Source: an uncultured Cellvibrio sp. (GTDB lineage Bacteria; Pseudomonadota; Gammaproteobacteria; Pseudomonadales; Cellvibrionaceae). Taken from it: 64,000 bases of DNA. The position numbers and the translations under genes were made by a program. Positions 19,945-29,152 of the stretch are shown in pieces. How positions within the stretch are numbered: the first letter of the stretch is position 1; each line of letters opens with the position of its first letter. Location: the NCBI GenBank assembly GCA_937958105.1, contig CALFXJ010000038.1, forward strand, positions 55,555-119,554, in the 5' to 3' direction. The notes below the pieces were generated by a model, which worked only from the letters and a program-made list of their open reading frames with translations, ran no database searches and was not told where the DNA came from.

Positions 19945-22326
19945 ATGCCCCGCTCCACCTCCGCGCGCAATAATGCGCCAACTGGTTTCGGACAAACCGA
20001 TAACGGGATGAGCATTTCCCGCCCGCCAGACCGCTATCACAGCAACAGGCTAACAATAATCATGCTCGGGCATCGCCTTGCTTACCTCAGTGTTCTTATG
20101 TTCATCGCTGCCCTGTGGGCCAGCGTTCTATGGGTAACGGCGGATAACATGCCCTCATCTGCTGAGCGGGTGACAGCGAGGCCCCACCTGGTGGACGAAG
20201 CGCAATGCCGCCAATGCCATCTTCCACAGGTTGAAGACTGGCAAGGCTCGCACCATCAGCTGGCCATGCTGGCTCCTGCACCAGACACCGTGCTCGGCGA
20301 CTTCAACAACACCCTCTTCACCAGCGACACGGAAACTACGCATTTTTTGCAACAACAGATTGCGCAGCACACGCATCAGTACCGCCTGCGCACACCCGAC
20401 GGCTCCGGGCAGCAGCGGGAATTTACCCTGGCTTATACCTTCGGCTGGTCGCCCCTGCAGCAATACCTGCTGGCGCTGGATGACGGCCGCCTGCAGGCAT
20501 CGGGCGTGGCCTGGGATACGGAAAAGCAGGAGTGGTTTCACCTATACGACGGCCAAGGCGTGGATAGCCATCACGCGCTGCACTGGAGTAAGCCCGCCCA
20601 CAACGCCAATACCCAATGCATTGAGTGCCACACCACCGGCTACCAGCCCGGCTATGACCCGATAGAAGACCGTTTCGACAGCCAGTGGCACGCGGCGGGT
20701 ATTACCTGCCAGGGCTGTCATGGGCCTGCGTCGGATCACCTGCGTTGGGCCGCAGCACCGGATGCCAGCCCGACCAGAGGATTTGCTCTGTCATTGAGCA
20801 CACAACAGCCAAGCCTGCAGCTGGAGGTCTGTGGCCGCTGCCACAGCCGCCGAACCCCCTTGGGCGATCCGACACTCTGGCCGCGGCTTGAGGATGCTTA
20901 TCTCGTCAGTCCCCTGACGGCAGAGCTCTATGAAGTGGACGGCAAGATCAAGGATGAAGTCTTTGAATATGGCTCCTTCCTGCAAAGCCGTATGCATCAG
21001 GCAGGTGTGGTCTGCAGCGATTGTCACAACGCCCACAGCGGCAGGTTGCGCCTCGACGGCAACGCCGTCTGCACCCAGTGCCACAACCCCGGCGGCATCG
21101 CGGTACGCGCCTTGTCCACCGACCGCTTGCGGGCAGCGGCCTACGATGATCCCTCTCACCACCACCACGCCCCCGGCTCTGCCGGTTCGGCCTGTGTCGC
21201 CTGCCATATGCCGGGCAAGGTGTACATGGGCAACGACCTGCGTCACGACCACAGTTTCAGTTCACCGAATCCGGCTCAGGCACTGGCCCTGGGTCACAGC
21301 GATGCGTGCCTGAGCTGCCACAACGACCGTCCCGCCAGCCCACTGCCGCCCCAGGAATTGATAGCGCAGTTCGACCAATGGTACCCCGACCACCGACCGC
21401 GCGATGGCGGCTATGTGGAAGCGTTAGCCAAAGCCCGGCAAGGGAAACCCGGCGCTGCGGCAGCCCTGCTGGAACAGCTTTCCCGCACCGATCTGCCGGG
21501 ACTGCGCCGCGCCGCTCTGCTCGCAGAACTCCCGGCCTATCCCTCGCGCCCGGCCCAGCAACAACTCATTGCTGCCCTTGAACACCCGGACGCCCCCGTG
21601 CGACGGGCAGCCATCGAGGCCCTCGCCGCACTGGACCCGCTCCAGCTTGAAAGCCAGTTCGCGCCATTGCTGACAGACCCGGTACGGGCGGTGCGCATCA
21701 CCGCCGCTGAACAGATGCTCATGCTCGCGGAACAGTCCGGACGCACCCTGGCCCCTGAACCCTTTGCGGAGTACGAACAGGCGCAGAAAGACCTGCTCGC
21801 AAATGCCGAGGCCTGGTTCAACCTGGCCAACCTTTACCGCCTCACCGGTCGCACCGATCAGGTTGCCCCCGCACTGGAGGCAGCGCTGAGGCGCAATCCG
21901 GCTTTTGCACCAGCCGTGACAGCACTGGCCCAGTGGCGGGAGTTCGTCGATGGCCAGCCTGCGGCCGCACACCAACTGCTGGAGCAGGCCCGGAGCACGT
22001 ATCCGAACGAGGCAAGCCTGCACCATGCGCTGGGCCTTGCCCACATCCGCGCCAGTCAACTCGCTGCCGGAGTGAGTTCGCTGGAGCAGGCCCACCACCT
22101 GCAGCCGGACAACGAGACCTACACCTACGTGCTGGCCGTGGCCTGGTATGACACTGGCCGGCGTGAACAGGCAGTACAGCTGCTGCGGGAGCAACTTCGC
22201 AAGGCCCCGGCAAGCCGGCTGTTGCGCTTGACCCTGCTGACTTACCTCCCCCCAGGCGAGGACCGGGCCGGACTGCTTGATGCACTGCGACAACAAAATC
22301 CAGAGGACCCGGCGCTGGCGCTGTAA
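19945..22326 (+). CDS. Multiheme (8 CXXCH) cytochrome c fused to HEAT and TPR repeats
   Basis: CRQCH, CIECH, CQGCH, CGRCH, CSDCH, CTQCH, CVACH and CLSCH; C-terminal helical repeats (PVRRAAIEAL, AWFNLANLYR, LHHALGLAH). True start uncertain. Confidence 0.85.
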   Translation: MPRSTSARNNAPTGFGQTDNGMSISRPPDRYHSNRLTIIMLGHRLAYLSVLMFIAALWASVLWVTADNMPSSAERVTARPHLVDEAQCRQCHLPQVEDWQGSHHQLAMLAPAPDTVLGDFNNTLFTSDTETTHFLQQQIAQHTHQYRLRTPDGSGQQREFTLAYTFGWSPLQQYLLALDDGRLQASGVAWDTEKQEWFHLYDGQGVDSHHALHWSKPAHNANTQCIECHTTGYQPGYDPIEDRFDSQWHAAGITCQGCHGPASDHLRWAAAPDASPTRGFALSLSTQQPSLQLEVCGRCHSRRTPLGDPTLWPRLEDAYLVSPLTAELYEVDGKIKDEVFEYGSFLQSRMHQAGVVCSDCHNAHSGRLRLDGNAVCTQCHNPGGIAVRALSTDRLRAAAYDDPSHHHHAPGSAGSACVACHMPGKVYMGNDLRHDHSFSSPNPAQALALGHSDACLSCHNDRPASPLPPQELIAQFDQWYPDHRPRDGGYVEALAKARQGKPGAAAALLEQLSRTDLPGLRRAALLAELPAYPSRPAQQQLIAALEHPDAPVRRAAIEALAALDPLQLESQFAPLLTDPVRAVRITAAEQMLMLAEQSGRTLAPEPFAEYEQAQKDLLANAEAWFNLANLYRLTGRTDQVAPALEAALRRNPAFAPAVTALAQWREFVDGQPAAAHQLLEQARSTYPNEASLHHALGLAHIRASQLAAGVSSLEQAHHLQPDNETYTYVLAVAWYDTGRREQAVQLLREQLRKAPASRLLRLTLLTYLPPGEDRAGLLDALRQQNPEDPALAL

Positions 22327-22386
22327 CAAACCGGGAAGACAAAGGCCGCACCTGCGGCCACTATCACCAAAGAGGACTTAACCATC

Positions 22387-24708
22387 ATGAAAACCCCAAT
22401 GATATTGGCCGGTCTGGGGCTGTTGGGCGCGCTGGCGATCAGCGGCTGCGGCTCCAGCTCAAATTCCAGTTCCGGCGCCAGTTCCAGCCCGGCCTCAAGC
22501 GCAGCCTCCAGCCCGACATCCAGCGCAAGCGCCAGCTCCGACCCGGGCGGCGTTGTCGATGTATCGCCCCCCAACATTCTCTTTATCGTTATGGACGACG
22601 CTGGCGTGGACCAGTTTGAAGTGATGGGCTATGGCGGAGCCGTCCCTGCCCAGACCAACAGCATCAACGCCATTGCCAACGCCGGAGTACGCTTCCGCAA
22701 CACCTGGTCGATGCCCACCTGCTCACCGACCCGCTCCACCTTCTTCAACGGACTCTATCCGTTTCGCAGCGGGGTACAGAACGCCATCGTCTCCAAGGAC
22801 CTCGCCAATTCCCAGGTCTCGCCCTATACCCTCACCACGCCCAAGCTGCTCAAGCAGGAAGCCGGCTATGTCAGCGCGCTTATCGGCAAGATGCACCTCA
22901 CCGGCTCTGAACTGGAACCCCGCAACCACCCGCTGGGTGACGATGCCATGCGCGAACTGGGCTGGGATTACTTTGCCGGGTATCTCGATGGAGCTCCCTA
23001 TCCCATCGATACCACAGCAGGCGGTGTAGCCCCGGAAGGCACCTATCACTGCGGGTTTGTGCCTAACACCCTGGCCGATGCGGAGCATGGTGCAGATACG
23101 GGCGTCTGCTACATGGCAGACGGCGGGCATCTGGTGATGAACGACCCCGAGAGCTTTCCGCAGCCCGGACGCGCCTGCGTCGAGCGGGGCGGCATCTTCG
23201 ACCCCAACGCCACCGCCTACAGCGAGACACGCTGGGCTGAGCTCAACTTTTCCGTGCAGAACGGTTACTACACCGGAGCCTGGAAGATCAACGAACCTGA
23301 CGGCAGCAATGAAACCCTGCCCGTCTCCGACCCCCGTGCCCGTGGTTATCGCACCACCCTGGAAACCAATCGAGCCATCCAGTGGATACAGCAGACCCGG
23401 GAACAGCAACCCGGCACGCCCTGGATGATGAGCCTCGGCTATTCCGCGCTCCACGCACCGCTGCAACCGCCACCCGCCTCGCTCCTGCCTCACCCGGACG
23501 CAACCCTGAGCCTGCTCGGCTGCGGCACACCAGTGGCTGCTAACCTCGCGGAACTCGGCGTGCTGCCAGCGGACCCCGTCGACCTCGCAGAATTTGCCCA
23601 GCAGCGCGCTGTAGCCCAGCACATGCTGGAAGCCATCGACCACGAGATCGGCCGTCTGCTGGAAGAAACCGGCATAGCCATCCGACAGGAAGACGGCAGC
23701 CTGCAATACAACCCGGAAAGCAACACCGTCGTCATCATCGCCAGCGACAACGGCACCTACATGCCCACGGTCAAACTGCCCTTCGACCCCATGCGCGCCA
23801 AAGGCTCCCTGTACCAGACCGGCATCTGGGTTCCACTGATCGTGGCCGGACCCGAATCCATCGTGAACCATCCGGATCGCGACGTACCGCATATGGTCAA
23901 TACCACCGACCTCTACAGCCTGTTTCGCGAGATAGCCGGCATCGAAGAAGAACGCCTGCCGGACTGGCTGCAGCTGGACGCACAACCGGTACTGCCCTAC
24001 CTCGCCGACCCCGAGCAGGACAGCATCCGCACCACCAACTTCACCGAGCAAGGCACCAACATCAGCGCTGAAACCTCCCCACCCTGCGTAATCCCCGCAG
24101 CCAACACCTGCGTCCAGATATTCCCGCAGCGCCAGGTCTGCGAAGACCAAAGCGGCGTCTGGTACGGCCCCGGCAGCGACATCGAACCCGCCGGCATCTC
24201 CTCCTGCTGCGCCGTAAATGCCTACCTGGAAACCCAGGGAGAAAGCCCAACCGTACTCTTCCCGCGTCACCAGAGCGCACTGCGCGACACCCAATACAAA
24301 CTCGTCCGCCTCAGCCGCATGGACTGCGCCACTGAAACCTACGTGGACACAGAAGAGTTCTACGAAATCAACGAAAGCACCAACCCGGAAGAACTCAAAC
24401 TCGACCGCGCCGACCTCAACCTCCTGGCCGATAAAACACCGGACGAACTGACACCGGAACAACAAACCCACTTCACCACCCTGAGCAACGCCCTGACCGA
24501 ACTGCTCAACAGCGGCATCAGCTGCCCCGGCGACGGAAACGGCGACCTGCGCGTCGACGAAACCGACCTGGAAGAATGGACCTACTGGGCCGACCCCGAA
24601 CAAGGCGGCGGACTGTCAAGCTGGTACGACCTGAATCACGACGGCCTGACCGACGAAGCGGATAAGGAGATCATTCAGGCTAATCTGGGGAATGATTGTC
24701 GGTTGTAG
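22387..24708 (+). CDS. Lipoprotein Cys-type sulfatase with a Ser-rich linker and a C-terminal dockerin/EF-hand-like Ca-binding pair
   Basis: Lipobox ISGC; PNILFIVMDD; CSPTR (CxPxR); GKMH; SDNG; GSLYQTGIWVPLIV; GDGNGDLRVD...DLNHDGLTD. Confidence 0.9.
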   Translation: MKTPMILAGLGLLGALAISGCGSSSNSSSGASSSPASSAASSPTSSASASSDPGGVVDVSPPNILFIVMDDAGVDQFEVMGYGGAVPAQTNSINAIANAGVRFRNTWSMPTCSPTRSTFFNGLYPFRSGVQNAIVSKDLANSQVSPYTLTTPKLLKQEAGYVSALIGKMHLTGSELEPRNHPLGDDAMRELGWDYFAGYLDGAPYPIDTTAGGVAPEGTYHCGFVPNTLADAEHGADTGVCYMADGGHLVMNDPESFPQPGRACVERGGIFDPNATAYSETRWAELNFSVQNGYYTGAWKINEPDGSNETLPVSDPRARGYRTTLETNRAIQWIQQTREQQPGTPWMMSLGYSALHAPLQPPPASLLPHPDATLSLLGCGTPVAANLAELGVLPADPVDLAEFAQQRAVAQHMLEAIDHEIGRLLEETGIAIRQEDGSLQYNPESNTVVIIASDNGTYMPTVKLPFDPMRAKGSLYQTGIWVPLIVAGPESIVNHPDRDVPHMVNTTDLYSLFREIAGIEEERLPDWLQLDAQPVLPYLADPEQDSIRTTNFTEQGTNISAETSPPCVIPAANTCVQIFPQRQVCEDQSGVWYGPGSDIEPAGISSCCAVNAYLETQGESPTVLFPRHQSALRDTQYKLVRLSRMDCATETYVDTEEFYEINESTNPEELKLDRADLNLLADKTPDELTPEQQTHFTTLSNALTELLNSGISCPGDGNGDLRVDETDLEEWTYWADPEQGGGLSSWYDLNHDGLTDEADKEIIQANLGNDCRL

Positions 24709-25080
24709 GGAGGAAGTTTTTGATAAGAGCTCGGAAAGGTTTGCGTTTTTTGCAGGCCTTTCTGGGGTTTTTGCGGGGGTAGAAAAGGTGCAGGCCTGCT
24801 CTGGATTAAAACAGGTAATTGGCTTCCTCGTCGTTGTAATTTCTAATGCGATCACAATAAAGGATGCCGGGACGGATCATGGTTGGTGTTCTGGCTGTGT
24901 TAAAAAATCAAATCGACATTTACCTCCCATAACCCCCAGTCAGACGGCAATCTTCAACCGATCGCTGTGGCAAAGCTTTTCCGCTTGCTGGTATAGAAAC
25001 CTACGTACTGTCATCTAAACCCTGATTTAGATAATGGCACGTTCCCTGCGCGTGCTCATATATACATAACGGAGGTGTAC

Positions 25081-25557
25081 ATGTCAGCCATTACCCAACT
25101 AACCAGTACAGTCAATGCATTGCGATTAAAATTTACTAATAATGAGCATGCTCTGCACACCGCCAGCCAAGCCGCTGCCACCATTAACGCCGGCCCTTCG
25201 AACCCCGCTCGCCATCATGGCTGGGATCACTTTCTTCCGAAGGTTGAGGCTAATCCAGAATTTGCAAAAACCATGGCGAAAGATGTGGCTTTTATTCCAG
25301 ACAAGCTCTTAGTCAATTTGAATGAGGCTCCACCGCTCAATGATGCAGAAGCCTGGCGCAGATGGACAAACCAATCAGTCGAGTTTGATAACACCGCCGC
25401 GAAGGTAACAGAGCAAAGAATTGAGATATATAACGATATGAAACTCCACGGTTCTACAGATGCAGAAATCTTCAAAGCTCTAATAGAATTTAACCACTCC
25501 CTACCCATGGACTACCAGATCAAATCTGGATTGATAAAATTAAATGCTTATGCGTAA
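25081..25557 (+). CDS. Hypothetical protein (158 aa)
   Basis: GGAGG RBS before ATG 25081; no recognisable motif. Confidence 0.65.
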   Translation: MSAITQLTSTVNALRLKFTNNEHALHTASQAAATINAGPSNPARHHGWDHFLPKVEANPEFAKTMAKDVAFIPDKLLVNLNEAPPLNDAEAWRRWTNQSVEFDNTAAKVTEQRIEIYNDMKLHGSTDAEIFKALIEFNHSLPMDYQIKSGLIKLNAYA

Positions 25558-25677
25558 TTCCCTGGACTCCATTGAATTTGAATGTCTTTGCCTGAGGTGA
25601 TCGCTTCAATTAATTATTAATTGCATCAATGACAGCAGCATCTCGCTTGCGCCTGTCTCAGGATAGGGGAAGTGGAC

Positions 25678-25890
25678 AGGATGTGCCGAGTGACTCTCTC
25701 AACAAGCAGCACAATCTAAAAAAGAAATAAAAAACGGTAACGAATTTCCATCCGTTACCGTTTACGTTTTACTGCTTGTAGAATTGTGTCGTTACTGCAA
25801 CACGTCAGGATCATTTAATAATGGATCATGCATCTCCGGGATCAACTGATCAGTTTGACCGGGACATTCGCTTTTGGAGGGATAGCCTTT
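25678..25890. repeat. Direct repeat copy A (partner-gene 3' end + terminator + downstream tail)
   Basis: Closely matches 28939-29152 (offset about 3,261 bp), including non-coding aggatgtgccgagtga...caagcagcacaatct...aaaaaacggtaacgaa. Confidence 0.92.
25721..25763 (-). terminator. Rho-independent terminator ending the minus-strand cassette
   Basis: Stem aaacggtaacgaa/tccgttaccgttt (25732-25763). The single mismatch becomes a G-U pair in minus-strand RNA, and a U-rich tail follows. Confidence 0.85.
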
Positions 25891-26841
25891 TTGCCAAGTA
25901 AGTTGTTTGGCGGTGAGCCAGCCTTTTACAACCGATGATTCCGTATCTTGTTTTTTATATTCCCCATCAATAAGTTTGTAATGAACAAGAAGCTCACCTA
26001 TTTTAAAGAAACCTGGCACGGGATCATTAACCAATTTTGATTGATAGAGCTTTCTCCACAACACAATGTCACGTGACTGACTGCTCTCAAAACCGCCAAA
26101 GTAAAGCTTTGATATAGACCGTAATGCGGGGTACAAAACTCTCCTGTCTTTCACTTCCAGTGTGGAATAAGCAATATACGCGGGGTCACTGGATTTATTG
26201 TTGGTCAATCCTGAGTTCTGAGCTTCTTCCTGGGAAAGTTCATCGCTCAGGTAGTAATGCGCGCTGAAAATTACGTTCTTCTTTTGCGGTGAAAAAACGA
26301 CAAAATCCTTGCCAATCGTTAATACGAGTTCTTGCTGTGCGTCTTCGTTAATATCACCATACCGCAATGGGTTGGCTTCCATACATCCAACACGATCTTT
26401 TAAATCTCCGGGAGACATAAAGTAGCTCGGTTCATAGTCGGGCACGATTGCCAAGGTATCTGTGCGATTAAACTGCTCGCCATAAGCGGCTGCAATGGCT
26501 TCAGTCGCTAGAGAGTCTTCTCCGCCGATTTTTAGATGTTCTGAGTAGGGTTCGAGAGACCATGAACCGATAAGATCTCGGCTAGAATAACGCGTTGCGT
26601 ATAACTTCATCCTCTCAGACAGCGAATACACAACGCCAGTATCTTCAGAATGAAGAAATGCTCTAACTACCGGGTCACCAACCGATCTTTGCCCTGTTCT
26701 AGCAACAGAAAGTGGCAAGCTTGTTTGAGCAAGCGTAGAAAGGTTCTCCATTGTTACCCCAACACCTTGACTCAAAGCCAATTCCTGCGAACTCACCGAT
26801 ATCGAAGCAAACAATACTGCTGATAAAAAACAATTCCTCAT
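25792..26841 (-). CDS. Exported partner protein, paralog 2 (putative immunity protein of the orphan cassette)
   Basis: Signal peptide MRNCFLSAVLFASISVSSQ; ATGA overlap with the orphan-tip stop; homologous to 29054-30046 with an identical last 32 aa. The longer ORF-track start (26940) is rejected. Confidence 0.75.
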   Translation of the reverse strand: MRNCFLSAVLFASISVSSQELALSQGVGVTMENLSTLAQTSLPLSVARTGQRSVGDPVVRAFLHSEDTGVVYSLSERMKLYATRYSSRDLIGSWSLEPYSEHLKIGGEDSLATEAIAAAYGEQFNRTDTLAIVPDYEPSYFMSPGDLKDRVGCMEANPLRYGDINEDAQQELVLTIGKDFVVFSPQKKNVIFSAHYYLSDELSQEEAQNSGLTNNKSSDPAYIAYSTLEVKDRRVLYPALRSISKLYFGGFESSQSRDIVLWRKLYQSKLVNDPVPGFFKIGELLVHYKLIDGEYKKQDTESSVVKGWLTAKQLTWQKGYPSKSECPGQTDQLIPEMHDPLLNDPDVLQ

Positions 26842-28884
26842 GGTATAGCCACCCCTGTTACACAATCTATACGCCCTACTGGAGCTATTGGAGGCACTGC
26901 CAAAGGGTCGCCAACAGCAGCATCCAATGCATGAACCCACGTAGTTCCATTAGTCCACTCATTCTCCCCATAAGCAAAACACCAAGGCTCCGTTGTTTCT
27001 ATCACACCGGCAACCGGTGGAGTCGCTGTTGGGTCAGCAGGAATATCCTGAATAATACCATCACCATTAACATCAACACCTAAACCGCCTTGCCATACAT
27101 AAGTCCTATAGGGAAGATTCAATTTATCCACATCATGCATCACTCGCATGGCATAACGCATGGATTCCGTATTAGCAAACAACTGCCGTTGCTGAGCTGT
27201 CCTCTGACGATAACTGAGCCCACGAGCAGTAATAAAGCTTGGGTCCAGAGGGGTTACCCTGTCCAATAACATATTGATCCAGGAGCGTCCTGTACCTCCA
27301 CCAAAAATTGCTGCCCCCTGGTTGTAACCACCTAACCCCTTCGCCAGTAATTCGTAATCATCATCCGTATGGTTTGTTCCCGTAACAACAGAAGACACTG
27401 CCGTTGTTTCTATTTTCCTCAAGGGTGTTGCCACTGGCCATTGATAAATATCCCGATAACTCCTGCCGCCTGTGGTAGCAAATGCTCGATAAAAACTACC
27501 GCCACCACCACCGTTCTGACGAGGGACATCATCAATTGCCAGCCATACCGCTTTGGCAATCAGATTATGACGTGCATCATAATGATTAACCGCACTCACG
27601 CCAGCCGCGGTATAACCGGTAACCTCTTCCGCTGCGCTGCCATTTCCATCCTGTGCGCTCCCACCATAAGTGTAAGTATTCAGTAACTGGTTAAAGCCTT
27701 TACTACCTCGCTCATCACCACCACCGACAATTATTCGATAGTCAGCTTGATGCCTACCATTGGCTTCCATTTGCGCCATAGCTTTGAGAATCTGATGTCG
27801 TTCAAAGGTAGAGCCTGTCAACGTCTGTATATTGCTGTGTCTGGCTGCTGTATATGTCGGCGGGATGTTAGCGAAGCTTGGTCCGCCAGGATAATTAACG
27901 ACGCCATCCCAAACCGCTTCCGCCGCCTGAATCGCATTACCAGCTTGTGCACTCGTTTGTCCGCTAGCATTCGGTTCAAGATTCGCGTAATTAATCGTAG
28001 CACTCCCCTGCCAATGTGTATGTGCCAATATAAAATGACGCCAATGCCTGCCTATTTCAGCGATGGGCTGTTCACCAGTTACCGGTCCAGTATGCATTTC
28101 TTGTGTTTCATAGACTACCGGGCCATAGCTGATGTAATTAAATCGTCCGACCATGCGCCCCACTGACGGCGTAGAAGTAACAAATCGGTTACGATCTGCA
28201 ACACCCAGTCTTACGCCATATACTCCTGGTTTAGCGCTGGGCGACATGCCAATATTCCACATTACCGCCTCCAACATCGCCACGTCGCTGCCCGTCATCG
28301 GATTACTTGGATTAGCGTGAAACTCACGAGTTTTTACACGAAAATTGGTCCGATAATCACGCGGTACGCGCAATCCATCAACACCTGATGGAATGGTATA
28401 GCGGGCATAGAGGCTCGCCTCAATACCAGTATCTGTGGTTTGGGTGCCCGCCCAGTTTGACCAGTCAGTATCACCATTGGCGTCGACCGGCTCCCAGTAA
28501 ATATTGCCGTCATACAGATTACCTTGGGAATCCTCCTGTACATAAGGAATGTTAGCCTCAACCAGTGCGCAGGCATCCGCTGTTGTGTTAGTAACGCCAT
28601 AACGACGGCAGAAACGCCCACGATGGCCAAAGCGCCACTCCAGCCGGGTTAATTCAGTTCCGGCTAATGACGGGGGAATATAGCGATAACGTAACCGCAT
28701 GCCACCCAAGGTCCGAACACTGGGTATTTCCAGCATCGTCGCCGGTGCATTGACCGGTGTGCCCTGCTCTCCCGTTTCAAGCAAGCCAAGGATTTCAATA
28801 TCCGTTTCCACAACCCCGTTGCGGTTTTCCGTGTCGCCCGGTACCTGGTAATACACATGCAACCCGTTGCGGGTAAAGGCCCAC
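26838..28884 (-). pseudogene. Start-less orphan C-terminal module (PG-binding + lytic-transglycosylase-like), paralog of residues ~942-1634 of the 30060-34964 protein
   Basis: Intact 681-codon frame beginning WAFTRNGLHVYYQVPG. No signal peptide or RBS; the ORF-track start (28973) falls in non-coding repeat DNA just after a terminator. Confidence 0.8.
28789..28884. repeat. 96-bp homology anchor, copy 2
   Basis: 92/96 identical to 32047-32142 by hand alignment. Confidence 0.95.
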
Positions 28885-28948
28885 AAAAATGCAGGAAAGC
28901 ATTTTTGCACGGCGAAGCCGCCCGCAGGGCGAGGCACAAGGATGTGCC
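28884..28948. other. Compact four-hairpin element at the cassette junction
   Basis: caaaaatgc/gcatttttg, cggc/gccg, gccc/gggc and ggcaca/tgtgcc in tandem. Confidence 0.7.
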
Positions 28949-29152
28949 GAGTGATTCCCTCGACAAGCAGCACAATCTGAAAGAAGAAATAAAAAACGGT
29001 AACGAATTTTCATTCGTTACCGTTTACGTTTTACCGCCTATTGATTTATTTCGTTACTGCAACACGTCAGGATCATTTAGCAATGGATCATGCATCTCAG
29101 GAATTAACTGATCAGTTTGGCCGGGACATTCACTTTTAGAAGGATAGCCTTT
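28939..29152. repeat. Direct repeat copy B (partner-gene 3' end + terminator + downstream tail)
   Basis: Matches 25678-25890. Confidence 0.92.
28981..29025 (-). terminator. Rho-independent terminator ending the main operon
   Basis: Perfect 13-bp stem aaacggtaacgaa-ttttca-ttcgttaccgttt (28994-29025) followed by a U-rich tail on the minus strand. Confidence 0.88.

Noticed and set aside
21424-22351. Minus-strand ORFs over the cytochrome TPR region
   Set aside because: Shadow frames with no independent RBS or motif support.
22723-24603. 626-aa minus-strand ORF
   Set aside because: Antisense shadow of the GC-rich sulfatase gene, with no motifs.
24709-25080. Integrase, tRNA or att site at the island boundary
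   Set aside because: None recognisable in the sequence.
25607-25623. AT palindrome caattaat-t-attaattg
   Set aside because: Low complexity and plausible by chance in AT-rich intergenic DNA; no supporting context.
26842-26940. ORF-track N-terminal extension of partner 2
   Set aside because: It overlaps the orphan tip. ATG 26841 gives a signal peptide, an ATGA overlap and a length matching the paralog.
28885-28973. ORF-track N-terminus MLLVEGITRHILVPRP... of the 711-aa ORF
   Set aside because: It runs through non-coding repeat and hairpin DNA duplicated at 25678-25720; no RBS or signal peptide.
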